Source of the DNA: Methanotrichaceae archaeon
GTDB lineage: Archaea; Halobacteriota; Methanosarcinia; Methanotrichales; Methanotrichaceae
NCBI GenBank assembly: GCA_963754945.1
Contig: CAVWIG010000028.1
Coordinates: 177,889 to 201,888, forward strand
Length of the DNA stretch: 24,000 bases
Reading direction: 5' to 3'
The position numbers and the translations under genes were made by a program. The stretch's first letter is position 1. Each line of letters starts with the position of its first letter. Shown here in pieces: positions 1-9,145 of this stretch. The notes beneath the pieces are model-generated. The model made no database searches, was not told where the DNA came from, and saw nothing but the letters and a program-made list of their open reading frames with translations.

Positions 1-1299
1 TGGAATGAACTTGAACTGGAAGGCATAGTTGTAGATTCCAGATCCGTCAAGCTTCATCCATACCAGCCAGAGGTTAGTACCTGCCGGTTGGGCCCGGATG
101 TTGTGGTATAGCCTATTCGCGTCCTTGAGCTGTAAGGTTAGGCCGCCAACTGCGAAGTTGCCCAGGCTCCTGTACTGGTAGAACGCCATGACCTTGATAG
201 GCACATCCAGATCTGGATATCCCGTCCTCTGGACGATAAGGTCCGTTGTCTTGACACCAGTTATGGGCATGACCATCAGGACGCCTCCTGTTGGAAGGAA
301 TATATCACCAGCCGGGGCTATAGGTGTCAAGGTTATGGTCGTCTGGTATGTCTGCTTATCGGTTACTGTGAAGGTCAGGGGATAATCCTGGTAGCCCGTC
401 TTCCTGACTGTCACTGAGTAGTAGCCTGCGGTCAGGGCGATGAATTTGTCTGTTTGGCCTATAACAGCGCCTTTAATCACGATGTCGGCCTTGAGCGATC
501 CAGCGGTGTTGATCTGGATTCCCGTTTGGCCGGAAGGCGGTATAATCGACAAACTGTAGCCGTAGCCTGCATAAGCTCGGAAGATGCCGCATACGCCGTA
601 TGCAATCTTGAACCAGCCTGGATCGCTCGGATCGCCCCATTCTGTGCTCCAGGAGTTCTTACAGATCCAGCAGCCCTGTACATCGTCGTAGCCGATTATA
701 CAGACACAGTGGCCTCCCACATAATCACCGTACCCAGGAGAATAGACGCCGCCAGAATAATCGAAGAAGTCAGAATCTACTTCCATCGCAGCCTGAATGG
801 CCCCATTGGAGCTGAGCCACTGCTTAGCGACTGCATCAGAGGTGATTCTGGTGGCGGAGAGGATCTTGAGCTTGTTGCCGTCACAGCAGCTTTGCTTACT
901 GCCGTTGTATGGCCAGCACCTCTCAGGACATACGCCCCTGGACTGAAGAGCAGCATTTGCAGCTTCAAGTGTCCACCCATTAGCACATGTGCCACCGTTG
1001 CTGAATAGGTCGGCCTCGGAAAGCTTGTCGTCTTCGCCTGGATTTTGGTCGGCGACTTTTTTGGTGACTTCGAGGGTGGCTGTAGAGCCAAAGGCCACAC
1101 AGCTTCCACAATCACCCTGGTCCTGAATGGGTGTTGTATAGTTCTTGCCGTTGACATTGCGCCAGTTCCATGTGGCCGGTGTGCCCCAGATGGTGTGGAC
1201 CTTAAGAGCTATGTCCCTGGCGTCCTCTGCGGCGGTACGTTTTAGCTGCTCGGTGATGATGAGTCCTAGCTTGCGAATCATACCCTTTCCTTTTTCCAT
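1..1299 (-). CDS. Papain-family (C1) cysteine peptidase with a PEGA/beta-sandwich-like C-terminal extension; partial, the 3' end runs off the window
   Basis: Absent from the ORF track because the frame is still open at position 1. My minus-strand translation from ATG 1299 (GGAG about 10 nt upstream; a second in-frame ATG at 1281) reads MEKGKGMIRKLGLIITEQL...NVNGKNYTTPIQDQGDCGSCVAFGSTATLE (catalytic Cys motif), then GGHCVCIIGYDD (catalytic His), then KNSWSTEWGD (Asn-Ser-Trp), then AGYYSVTVRKTGYQDYPLTFTV (PEGA-like). There is no stop codon down to position 1. Track ORFs 454..1008(+) and 777..1157(-) are shadow frames of this gene. Confidence 0.75.
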   Translation of the reverse strand, partial: MEKGKGMIRKLGLIITEQLKRTAAEDARDIALKVHTIWGTPATWNWRNVNGKNYTTPIQDQGDCGSCVAFGSTATLEVTKKVADQNPGEDDKLSEADLFSNGGTCANGWTLEAANAALQSRGVCPERCWPYNGSKQSCCDGNKLKILSATRITSDAVAKQWLSSNGAIQAAMEVDSDFFDYSGGVYSPGYGDYVGGHCVCIIGYDDVQGCWICKNSWSTEWGDPSDPGWFKIAYGVCGIFRAYAGYGYSLSIIPPSGQTGIQINTAGSLKADIVIKGAVIGQTDKFIALTAGYYSVTVRKTGYQDYPLTFTVTDKQTYQTTITLTPIAPAGDIFLPTGGVLMVMPITGVKTTDLIVQRTGYPDLDVPIKVMAFYQYRSLGNFAVGGLTLQLKDANRLYHNIRAQPAGTNLWLVWMKLDGSGIYNYAFQFKFIP

Positions 1300-1709
1300 T
1301 CACAATCATCTCCTTAGCTATCTATAACTAATGTCTAAAAATATAAATATTGTGTATCCTTTGGTATGGAGGAGCAGGAAATCTCGTATCCAGGCCAGTG
1401 AAGAGGCATCAGGCAAGTGGATTGGTAGATTAAGATTAGTTTGAATTTGGAAAATAATTTCTGACTACTCAGATGCTTGCTCCTAACCCTCAATGCGGGC
1501 ACTAATGGCAATTTTTAGAAAAACGCACAAAATCTGTTGTAGTCTTCTTATCCCTAGATATCATAACGCTAATATGTCTCCCAGTTATTCATGGCCAACC
1601 GCAAGCAGATCTGGCTCAAACCGGAAAACTATTTGGAAATCTGTTCATTAGCGGCATCCACTTTGGATAATTTGGCTATTGTCTCAGCAAATAAATGGAA
1701 TGATTAATC

Positions 1710-2627
1710 TTAATCATTTAAGCAAATTATAAATAATCTCTGTGTTCTTTTCTCAAACGGCAAAGAATCATTCAAGGACGGCGTGAGATCTTTCGTTTTT
1801 TCAATTCCAGAGATCAACCTGATTCTACAGCTAGTTGTCTCTCTAGGAACTTTTGAAATTAAATATTCACCATTTTCATTAGTGAGATTTTGCCGTCCGC
1901 CCATCCCAATTATTGCGCCTATTACCGGCTCTGGACGCATGCCTTTTTGTCCGCAATAATCCTTCACCATGCCAAATACATCTATGGTATTGCCAGGATT
2001 AACAGTTATGTCATAATTTTTGTATTTTTCCTCGGTTTCATATTTTGAAAATTTAAGCTCATTTTGGTAGAGCACATTGTTATTAGCGTCAGCCACCACG
2101 ATGTAGTTTAGCAATTTTGGGTTTATTGAAACTTGAGATAATTGGTATTTACCAGTAGGAGCGTAAAAAGATTTATCATATCCGACTCTTACAGCTACAT
2201 TTTTCAGTGGATTCCCTAATTCGTCAATCACGGTTCCTTCTATTGTAAAATTTATTTTATTCACGTTCACTGATACATTTTGTGAAAGCAATGAATAAAA
2301 AGGTATATTTAATCCTTTGTTAATGGTATATTTAGGAAATATAAAGTCAATAGAATTTGCATTTCTAGGTACGCTCTCTAATTCGTATATGCCTTCACTA
2401 TTAGAAGTTGTACTGATATTCTCAATCTCAACTCTAACGGAATTCGCGGGATTGCCATCCCAATACGTTATTTTTCCTTGAACTGTTACCGTTTTTGGAT
2501 AAACTATTGCCCCGAAACCTATTAGAAGAAAAATAGCCCCAATCGCTCGACACTTATTACAATCTCTTGGATTAAGTAATTCGATCTTTCCACTAATTTT
2601 TACGAAAGATACAACGAACAGCAGCAA
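1710..2627 (-). CDS. Membrane-anchored protein with repeated carboxypeptidase-regulatory-like (CarboxypepD_reg) beta-sandwich domains
   Basis: 305-aa track ORF. It has a hydrophobic N-terminal segment (AIGAIFLLIGFGAIV). Three segments then fit the pattern (I/V)xGxVxDxxGxP...V...G.Y.L..VP: VQGKITYWDGNPANSVRVEI...EGIYELESVP, IEGTVIDELGNPLKNVAVRV...GKYQLSQV and VFGMVKDY...NGEYLISKVP. The start is uncertain. The track start is a TTG, and the frame stays open upstream (hydrophobic ...VTGLIIILG) for 28 codons back to a TAA with no ATG. The region is very AT-rich. Confidence 0.5.
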   Translation of the reverse strand: MLLFVVSFVKISGKIELLNPRDCNKCRAIGAIFLLIGFGAIVYPKTVTVQGKITYWDGNPANSVRVEIENISTTSNSEGIYELESVPRNANSIDFIFPKYTINKGLNIPFYSLLSQNVSVNVNKINFTIEGTVIDELGNPLKNVAVRVGYDKSFYAPTGKYQLSQVSINPKLLNYIVVADANNNVLYQNELKFSKYETEEKYKNYDITVNPGNTIDVFGMVKDYCGQKGMRPEPVIGAIIGMGGRQNLTNENGEYLISKVPRETTSCRIRLISGIEKTKDLTPSLNDSLPFEKRTQRLFIICLND

Positions 2628-2798
2628 ACCTAGAATAATAATTAATCCTGTGACATCTCTAACAATTGAAACATAAAATCGTAAAATTCCACGATCTCCT
2701 CCTACAATAGATTATTTGTATTTTTAAATTTCATCACAACATTTTCATCTCCAGCAAATTACTTGGATTTAAATATTAGTTCTTCTACTTTATTTGGA

Positions 2799-3206
2799 CT
2801 AACTGAAAGGAGGACTCTTAGGTTTCGCCACAAACCACAATCCATCTTGGTTATTCCCTTTGATGTCTCCTGGACTATGATCTCCTGTGTAAAGATACAG
2901 CGGCCATCTCTTATATGCGATCTGCTTTACACCATCTTCTCGTAATATTGTACTAAAATCATTTATGTTCAGATCTCCTCCAACGCTGATATCGTTCGCA
3001 GGGAAGGGTTGCCACCTCTCTGAACAGCTACCGTAGCATGTGCTTATCATGTTGCCACCATCATTTACAAAATAGTATAATGTCATCCCGTTTCCATTAA
3101 CCATATTCCCATTGGTATCAGTCGTTATTATCGTAGATGATGATGCCGTTGCACCTGTTGCGAACAAGGCAAGTGCCAAGAAGATCGTTTTAAATTTAGC
3201 CGACAT
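2799..3206 (-). CDS. Secreted protein of the 'secreted repeat of unknown function' / COG4315 lipoprotein-like family (Pfam PF03640-like)
   Basis: 135 aa with a signal-peptide-like N-terminus (MSAKFKTIFLALALFATGATA). It carries two family-typical repeats: GMTLYYFVNDGG...CYGSCSERWQPF and GVKQIAYKRWPLYLYTGDHSPGDIKGNNQDGLWF. GGAGA lies about 5 nt upstream of ATG 3206. Confidence 0.7.
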   Translation of the reverse strand: MSAKFKTIFLALALFATGATASSSTIITTDTNGNMVNGNGMTLYYFVNDGGNMISTCYGSCSERWQPFPANDISVGGDLNINDFSTILREDGVKQIAYKRWPLYLYTGDHSPGDIKGNNQDGLWFVAKPKSPPFS

Positions 3207-3487
3207 AATTTTCTCCAGATATACTTGTGTAATTGTTATTTATTTAGTTTTTGGTTATGTTGAACTCATTTGAAAAACTCATCGAACGACAAGAAAGTAA
3301 TCGAGGCTCAAGTTTAAAGCATCTCGATCAAATAAATGGACGGAGAATCCTTGGCACTTCATATTGCTCACCCAAAGGCATTGATCGAGGGCCCCCTTTT
3401 TGCCGCTGGCAAACACCTTTCCTTGAAGAACCTTATGCGGATTTTAGCCCATCTGAGAACACGGCAGGATTTGCTCGTTTTCCAGGG

Positions 3488-3790
3488 CTATCTATCAAAT
3501 GGCTGCAATCCGCTCCTTGCGGCCGCTCTTACAGTAGAAATATTCCAACTATAGAGACGTGCATCGTAATACAGGTTCAACAGCGCACCTTCTTCTGTGC
3601 CAGGCTGCCCAACCCTGTACAGGAAGTATTCAACATCTTTTTTGTGCGCTCCACGACGCGATGCAAACTCTTCGATATCAATAGCTGACAACGTATGCAC
3701 TAAAACACCCTCTGGAAATAGTCTTAGCTCACGGATAGGTAGTTCGCTTACTGAAAATAACCTAGGCCCACTAGGGCAGACTATAGTCAC
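3488..3790 (-). pseudogene. Unassigned 100-aa ORF, possibly a gene remnant
   Basis: Track ORF MTIVCPSGPRLFSVSELPIRELRLFPEGVLVHTLSAIDIEEF.... I recognise no family. It ends at a TAG, after which the same frame stays open for about 39 more codons. G+C is near normal here although the surroundings are AT-rich. Coding status is uncertain. Confidence 0.2.
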
Positions 3791-4048
3791 AGTAGGAAAT
3801 CAAAAGTATAAATTTTTATGTATGATCATAGTTACGGACTTAGAACTTCTTGCCAACAACAAAACCGTTTTGCAGAAACGTCATATCTCAAGCGGCGTGG
3901 TATTGCCTGAGAACTCGGTTTAACCCTGAACTCCCTATGATCCATCTGGTCAATCCCTTATGTGCCTGGGAGGATAAGATCGGATACATAAGGCGAAATT
4001 GGTTGATCTGCATCAATACTAATAAATAATCCAAGGCCCGACCTCCTT

Positions 4049-4303
4049 TTAGAAATCATCTTTAGTAACAACGAGGATGTCGCTTTTAGCCGCATGTTTC
4101 TTTATATCAGCCCATGCCTCCTGCAACCGTTCCACCTCCAGCGGGTGCGGCGGAAGCTTATAGCGTCTCGGTCCCAGAGCTGCTGCTGGATCTATCACCA
4201 CCTTCAGGTCGTTAGACTCCACATAGGTGGCCATAGAGCGCACGCCGAAACTGTCGAAGGCCAGAGGCTTGACCTTTAGTTTCTTCAATTCCTTTCTTGG
4301 CAT
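4049..4303 (-). pseudogene. N-terminal fragment of a UPF0282-type metallo-beta-lactamase-fold protein (truncated)
   Basis: The 84-aa ORF ...[54 protein letters not shown]...SDILVVT matches my recollection of the conserved N-terminus of archaeal UPF0282 proteins, which are about 300 aa. It stops (KDDF*) exactly where the HxHxDH metal motif (typically THYHYDHH) should follow. I could not find a continuation in any frame downstream. Confidence 0.55.
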
Positions 4304-4508
4304 AATAGACTCACATCTGTTATTATGATTTTTTGTAGTTATAATTTTGTGTTAGGATAGGTCAGGCTACAAGAGCTTTCAGAATCAAGCAGCACTTGTC
4401 GTACTATTTGATATTACTTCGGAGTAGTCCGAAACCAATACAAATCACGAAGAATTGAGTTAGCCATAAGACTTAAATCCCTGTGTTTTGTTGCTTTCAC
4501 ATTTGATA

Positions 4509-4928
4509 GAGATGGGATACCTTGAGGAGATCAAAGCGCGAGGACGGGCTGCCAACCCTTTCTTCCTCTTGATGGGAATCGTTGTGGACTCCTTTGGCGA
4601 TGGTCGATCAGAACTGTCCATGCAAGTGCGACCCGACATGCTAAACGGAGTCGGTTGGCTGCAAGGAGGTCTTTACACTGCTCTGTGTGATGAAGCAATG
4701 GCTCTGGCCCTCTACACAGCTCTTGAGAATGGAGAAGGCATTGCCACTATATCCGAGAGCACATCCTATCTTGAGGGAGTCAGAAGCGGAAAGATAATCG
4801 CAAAAGGCAGAGTTGTAAAGAAAGGAAGACACGTAGCTTTTACGGAGGGGTGTGTAAAGAAAGCATGCGGGAATGAAGCCGTCCTCACGCAGACCAGGGC
4901 ATCTTTTACAGTCATCAGAAAACCGTAA
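4509..4928 (+). CDS. PaaI-family hotdog-fold acyl-CoA thioesterase
   Basis: The track ORF 4488..4928 begins at a TTG; the first ATG is at 4509 (MGYLEEIKARG...). Family-typical features are NPFFLLMGIVVDSFGDGRSELSMQVRPDMLNGVGWLQGGLYTALCDEAM and the C-terminal GRVVKKGRHVAFTEGCV. Confidence 0.75.
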   Translation, partial: EMGYLEEIKARGRAANPFFLLMGIVVDSFGDGRSELSMQVRPDMLNGVGWLQGGLYTALCDEAMALALYTALENGEGIATISESTSYLEGVRSGKIIAKGRVVKKGRHVAFTEGCVKKACGNEAVLTQTRASFTVIRKP

Positions 4929-4974
4929 AGCATCTCCGGCTTGGTGGCAGTTGAGCGAAAAATGGTCCAAATGG

Positions 4975-5184
4975 TCAACCAGCACTGCGAAATCCTGTCA
5001 TTTCCTTATCGCCCATCTGTAGCTTTCTCACCGTATCTCCTGCTTCTCTTGCGTCATCCGCCCGAGCCAGAATCCTGACTCTGTCGATTTGCGTCTTTCT
5101 TCCGCAAGGGCAGGTCCTTGTCTTTGCTCCTTCCTGTACGTATAGGTGCCTGCCACAATTGCATCTAAAGACCAGGTAAGCCAT
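4975..5184 (-). CDS. Small zinc-ribbon protein (DUF1922-like)
   Basis: 69 aa, MAYLVFRCNCGRHLYVQEGAKTRTCPCGRKTQIDRVRIL, with a CxC...CxC zinc-ribbon pattern. It sits immediately downstream of rps8e on the same strand, which I recall as a common archaeal arrangement. Confidence 0.65.
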   Translation of the reverse strand: MAYLVFRCNCGRHLYVQEGAKTRTCPCGRKTQIDRVRILARADDAREAGDTVRKLQMGDKEMTGFRSAG

Positions 5185-5209
5185 CTTACGAATTCAAAAG
5201 AGAGAAAGA

Positions 5210-5593
5210 TCACTGGGGCGGCAGTAGGACTGCATTTATGAGTCCATCCTGGCCTGGCCTGTTGGTGACCTTGGCATCACCGAGCTCTGTCTTGATGACA
5301 GCGCCCTTAGTGATTATGTTTCGCCTCATATAGTGCTGGTTGGCCTTGTTATCCTTCACAGTTTCGATCTTCACTTTCTTGGCATTGCCGGTTTTCGGAT
5401 CAGAGACTAAGGCTACGTCCCCACGAAGGATGCGCATCTTGTGATTTCCTCCCATGGTCTCTATCCTCTTGGTCCTAACCGCGGCTATGGTCGTATCGCT
5501 CTGCTCTCTACCTATCTCGAACTTGCGCTTGCCCCTGGCCAGAATCAACCTTCCACCAGTGGGCTTTCTTCCAGATTCTCCTTGCCATCGCAT
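5210..5593 (-). CDS. rps8e: 30S ribosomal protein S8e
   Basis: 127 aa. The N-terminus MRWQGESGRKPTGGRLILARGKRKFEIGRE is characteristic of S8e, and the length fits. GAGGAA lies about 8 nt upstream of the ATG. Confidence 0.9.
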   Translation of the reverse strand: MRWQGESGRKPTGGRLILARGKRKFEIGREQSDTTIAAVRTKRIETMGGNHKMRILRGDVALVSDPKTGNAKKVKIETVKDNKANQHYMRRNIITKGAVIKTELGDAKVTNRPGQDGLINAVLLPPQ

Positions 5594-5885
5594 ACTTTAA
5601 TTCCTCAGATCGCTGTTCCTCATTCAGCAGTGTATTTAATCATTTTGGTAATATCAAAGCTGCTTGAGCAACTTGAAGTACGGGTCGTGGCCCCCCCCAC
5701 CAGCGACTGGCACTTCCTGCATAGAATAGCCGCGTTTATTGTCTGGATGATCGAGCTTCTCTCGTCATTTACTGATCTTCCTTTATGGCTCTGTTCCAAT
5801 CTTCTGTGCCATTTGTTCATCGTTCTTTATCGTCCAGAGATCTAATACTCCAACTCAACTCGTTGTACATGGCCAGACCTCAAGC

Positions 5886-7472
5886 CTACAGGGATTTGGC
5901 CATGTAAGGTGATCTGAGAGCATACCCGAGGCGCTCATAATAAGCACGAGCTCCTATTCCACTGGTGATCTCCAGCGATGCATAGCCCGCGCTCCTGGCA
6001 ATCTCCTCTGCGGCCTCGACTAACCTTGCTCCATAGCCCTGATGCTGCCAGCCGCCTTTTCTGGTCCCGATGGGCACCATGGGACCGTAGATGTGCAGCT
6101 CTCTTATCCTTGCAGCCTGGCCAAGTCGGAGGCGCAAGAACCCCACAAGAGTGTCGTCCTCCCCGTCGAAGGACAGGAAATGCTCGTCTGCTCCGCACGC
6201 CCCATATGTCTCGTGATTCATTTCCAATTCGCCTTCATGGACTCCTCGGAGACCTGCCTCTCGACAGCGTATGCACTGACATTTCTTGCCTCGATCTCTC
6301 AGTCTATAGCCAGCAAGCTGGCGAAGGTTGGACTTCCTCACGCCAGCGACTATCAGATGTGCTGGTATGTCCCTTTGCACCCTCTGAAGCCGAACATACC
6401 TGGGTAGCAGCTCCTTAACCCTGGAGACCAAATCGGCAGCCTCTTCGCTCTCAAGAGGGCTGTATTCGCCCCTCTGGTACATCCTATGCAGCTCGGTTCC
6501 CTCTATCACCAGTGTAGGGTATATCTTGAGGTAATCCGGGCGAAAGCTGCTGCTATCGAACAGCTCTTCGAAGACATCCAGATCAACCTCAGGCGAAGAC
6601 CCGGGAAGCCCTGGCATCATGTGGAACCCTACTTTGATGCCGGCCTCTCTGAGGGCTGTGTTGGCCTGTACTACATCATCCACACTGTGACCGCGATTTA
6701 TAGTCTCCAGAATTCGATCTCTGGTGCTCTGCACCCCGAGCTCGACCTTGGTGGCCCCCAGAGCGAGCATACCATCTATCTGCTCTGGCCCACACCAGTC
6801 CGGCCTTGTCTCGAAGGTGGTGCCTATGTTCTTCACGGCAGCGTTTCGATTGGCCTCGGCGACATCCTCGAAGGAACTCCATTCTGGGCCGTGACAATTA
6901 CCTTCTTGTTCGTTACCCTTCAATCTGAGATCTCGCCGGGAATAGTCGTTCATCGCCTGCAGGCAGCGCTTGACGAACCAGTGCTGGTAGCCCAGGGGCC
7001 TGGAGGTAATGGTTCCTCCCATGATTATCAGCTCGGCCTTGTCCAAGGGGTGGCCTATCTCATAAAGCTGGCTCAATCTCGCCATGACCTGATCGTATGG
7101 ATCGAAGTCATGCTGGGCTGCGCGCATGGCCGCTGGCTCTCTGCCTGTGTAGCTCTGTGGCGATGTGGCCTCACAACCCACTCCTCCGGGGCATGGGACA
7201 CAGACTCCATGAGGGCACCTGGCAGGGGAGGTCATGGCGGCTATCACAGCCACACCCGAGAGGGTCCTGGTGGGCTTACGCACCAGCATCTTGAGCCGCT
7301 CCCGCTCTTTCGCCGTTGCAAATCCCAGGATGTCGGCATTGCTTGGCAAAGAGGCAAGACCAAGCTTCTCCGAAAGCCCCTTTTTCATAGACTCCAGCCC
7401 GGCTGGAGTGCTGACGGTTCCCGAGAGGATGGCGTCTACTATTCCTCTCAGTTCTGTGCTCACTCTATCCAA
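5886..7472 (-). CDS. elp3: Elp3-type tRNA uridine(34) modification enzyme (radical SAM + GNAT acetyltransferase)
   Basis: 528 aa. It has the cysteine-rich block ARCPHGVCVPCPGG, a radical-SAM TIM-barrel region (IIMGGTITS..., GATKVELGVQS) and a C-terminal GNAT domain (HQGYGARLVEAAEEIA). The start overlaps the upstream nitroreductase stop by 13 nt. Confidence 0.92.
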   Translation of the reverse strand: MDRVSTELRGIVDAILSGTVSTPAGLESMKKGLSEKLGLASLPSNADILGFATAKERERLKMLVRKPTRTLSGVAVIAAMTSPARCPHGVCVPCPGGVGCEATSPQSYTGREPAAMRAAQHDFDPYDQVMARLSQLYEIGHPLDKAELIIMGGTITSRPLGYQHWFVKRCLQAMNDYSRRDLRLKGNEQEGNCHGPEWSSFEDVAEANRNAAVKNIGTTFETRPDWCGPEQIDGMLALGATKVELGVQSTRDRILETINRGHSVDDVVQANTALREAGIKVGFHMMPGLPGSSPEVDLDVFEELFDSSSFRPDYLKIYPTLVIEGTELHRMYQRGEYSPLESEEAADLVSRVKELLPRYVRLQRVQRDIPAHLIVAGVRKSNLRQLAGYRLRDRGKKCQCIRCREAGLRGVHEGELEMNHETYGACGADEHFLSFDGEDDTLVGFLRLRLGQAARIRELHIYGPMVPIGTRKGGWQHQGYGARLVEAAEEIARSAGYASLEITSGIGARAYYERLGYALRSPYMAKSL

Positions 7473-7975
7473 CTTACGACCTCATCCAGGTTCCTGGCTG
7501 GCGGAGCATGCGGGCTCTCCGCTGGCCAGCCTATGGAAAGAATGGCTACCGGCAGCACATCTTTGGCCAGATTCAGGGCATCTCTGACTATCTGATCGTC
7601 AAAGGCCCCGTTCCAACAGGCCCCCAGGCTCAGATCGTATGCAGCCAGGAGCAGGCACATAGTCGCCGCTGCAGCATCCTGTATCGAATAAAGGCTTCCG
7701 CGATCTCCGTAACGTCTGCTCGATCGAGGGACATCCGCACAGATCACGACCAGCAGAGGCGCAGTCTCCACCTGACTCTGACCGTAGGCGGCCACTGCCA
7801 AAGTCTTTCTCATTTGGGTGTTGGTCACGACAACATATTTCCTGGCTCGAAGATTTCCTGCGGACGGAGCAGTCTCAGCCGCTTTGATAAGATCGAGAAT
7901 AAGATCCTTGGAGACAGGATCTTCCTTATAGCTCCTCATCGACCTTCGCCCTTCAAGGGCATCCATCAGATTCAT
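7460..7975 (-). CDS. Nitroreductase-family protein
   Basis: 171 aa. The N-terminus MNLMDALEGRRSMRSYKEDPVSKDLILDLIKAAETAPSAGNLRARKYVVV shows the typical RRSxRxY...AP SAGN pattern. Confidence 0.8.
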   Translation of the reverse strand: MNLMDALEGRRSMRSYKEDPVSKDLILDLIKAAETAPSAGNLRARKYVVVTNTQMRKTLAVAAYGQSQVETAPLLVVICADVPRSSRRYGDRGSLYSIQDAAAATMCLLLAAYDLSLGACWNGAFDDQIVRDALNLAKDVLPVAILSIGWPAESPHAPPARNLDEVVSWIE

Positions 7976-8016
7976 CGTCTAAAGAATAGTGTCCCCATTG
8001 GATAAGAAATTGCTTG

Positions 8017-8955
8017 CTAATTATAATCGTGCGTGAACAAGGGCTCCTGTCTACCAAGCTGTCTTACTGTCACACAGTCGTCATCGATGACTATATAGGT
8101 GTCCGGCGACTTCTCATTGTTTCCATTTCGCCTCTCGGAGGTGAGGCTTCCTGCATTGACCGCTAATGGACCATCATCGCGTCTGTATATGCCTGCCTTA
8201 TGAGTGTCCCCGTAGACGAAGCAGTCCACCTTCCCAACCCGCTGATTCTTCAGGAACTCCAGTATGGCATCGTACTGTCTCTCGACAGGGGCGTATTTCC
8301 TCCGAATCCCATTATTCATCTTGTTGAAGATACAGGATACCTTCCATAGCTTCTGCTCGAACTCCACCATCTCTCCGATGTAGCTGGACCTGTACATCCC
8401 TTCGTAGGCGTAGGCCATCATCATCTCCAGGTCGGCTGGCGAGATTTCCTCGCCGGAGAGCTTCCTTAGCTGCTCTACTAACTGGATGGAAAAAGCCTGG
8501 ACACCTTTTAAATGGTGGCCGTGAGTGAACAGGTAGTTCCTATGGTAGCAGCTTGCCTTGTAGATGGGGTAGTACATGTCAACGTTCAGGCCGTCAAGGG
8601 TCTGGTTCCAGTTGAGGTTGGGAGTGTAGACAGAATAGATGTCTCCTCTGGCCACCCTTTCCAGAAAATCCATCTCCTGGCTCATCACCGCCAGGTGATG
8701 ATCATGATTTCCCACAACATAACTTATCTTCACATCCAGCTCTGACAGCCTCTCAAATAAATACCTGGAGTCCCGCAACGCTCTCTCCGGCCTGGCCCTC
8801 CACAGGTCGAAGATGTCTCCCAGGAGGACGATCTCTCCACAGCCTTTCCCGTACTTCCATACCTCCCATATCAGGCAATCGACCAGCTTATGATCGGTAA
8901 GAGTGGATGAGCTTAGACCAAAGTGAGTATCTGACAATACCAGGATTGAAGCCAT
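8017..8955 (-). CDS. Calcineurin-like metallophosphoesterase (LpxH/YaeI-like)
   Basis: The track ORF extends to 9168, but a GGAG lies about 8 nt upstream of ATG 8955 (MASILVLSDTHFG...). The phosphoesterase motifs start there: DTHFG, GDIFDLW, GNHDHH, THGHH, GDTH. I treat the extra 71 N-terminal codons as a non-coding run-on. Confidence 0.8.
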   Translation of the reverse strand: MASILVLSDTHFGLSSSTLTDHKLVDCLIWEVWKYGKGCGEIVLLGDIFDLWRARPERALRDSRYLFERLSELDVKISYVVGNHDHHLAVMSQEMDFLERVARGDIYSVYTPNLNWNQTLDGLNVDMYYPIYKASCYHRNYLFTHGHHLKGVQAFSIQLVEQLRKLSGEEISPADLEMMMAYAYEGMYRSSYIGEMVEFEQKLWKVSCIFNKMNNGIRRKYAPVERQYDAILEFLKNQRVGKVDCFVYGDTHKAGIYRRDDGPLAVNAGSLTSERRNGNNEKSPDTYIVIDDDCVTVRQLGRQEPLFTHDYN

Positions 8956-9145
8956 TATGATCTCCTTGTCGTATGAAATAGTATTACAGTTATTATTTAT
9001 AAATATTTTGTGCAATCTACGCCGGGAATTTCGAAAAGATCTCTCGATTCGATGAACATGGGGTTGGACGCCGCGTACGCTAGGCAAACAACCAAGCAAA
9101 AGACAAAAATATCCGATATTGAACCAAGAACATGGAGTCTCATCG

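Noticed and set aside
3485-3490. In-frame TAG ending the 100-aa ORF, considered as a possible pyrrolysine codon
   Set aside because: The ORF resembles no methylamine methyltransferase or other family I know to contain pyrrolysine. A decayed gene is a simpler explanation.
3251-3923. Plus-strand ORFs 3251..3688, 3336..3554 and 3597..3923 in the AT-rich islet
   Set aside because: They are mutually overlapping and have no motifs or start-site support. I kept only the minus-strand 100-aa ORF, and that as a low-confidence possible remnant.
5620-5820. 66-aa minus-strand ORF between rps8e and elp3
   Set aside because: It has no recognisable motif and no convincing RBS, its composition is rich in Ser, Thr and Arg, and it occupies the expected rps8e promoter/5' region. 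I cannot support it as a gene. I also found no convincing structured RNA here by eye.
6486-7595. 369-aa plus-strand ORF, the longest unexplained ORF in the track
   Set aside because: It lies entirely antisense to elp3 and the nitroreductase gene. Its composition is low-complexity and rich in Gly, Pro, Arg and Ser with no recognisable motif. This is a typical shadow frame opposite a well-supported gene.
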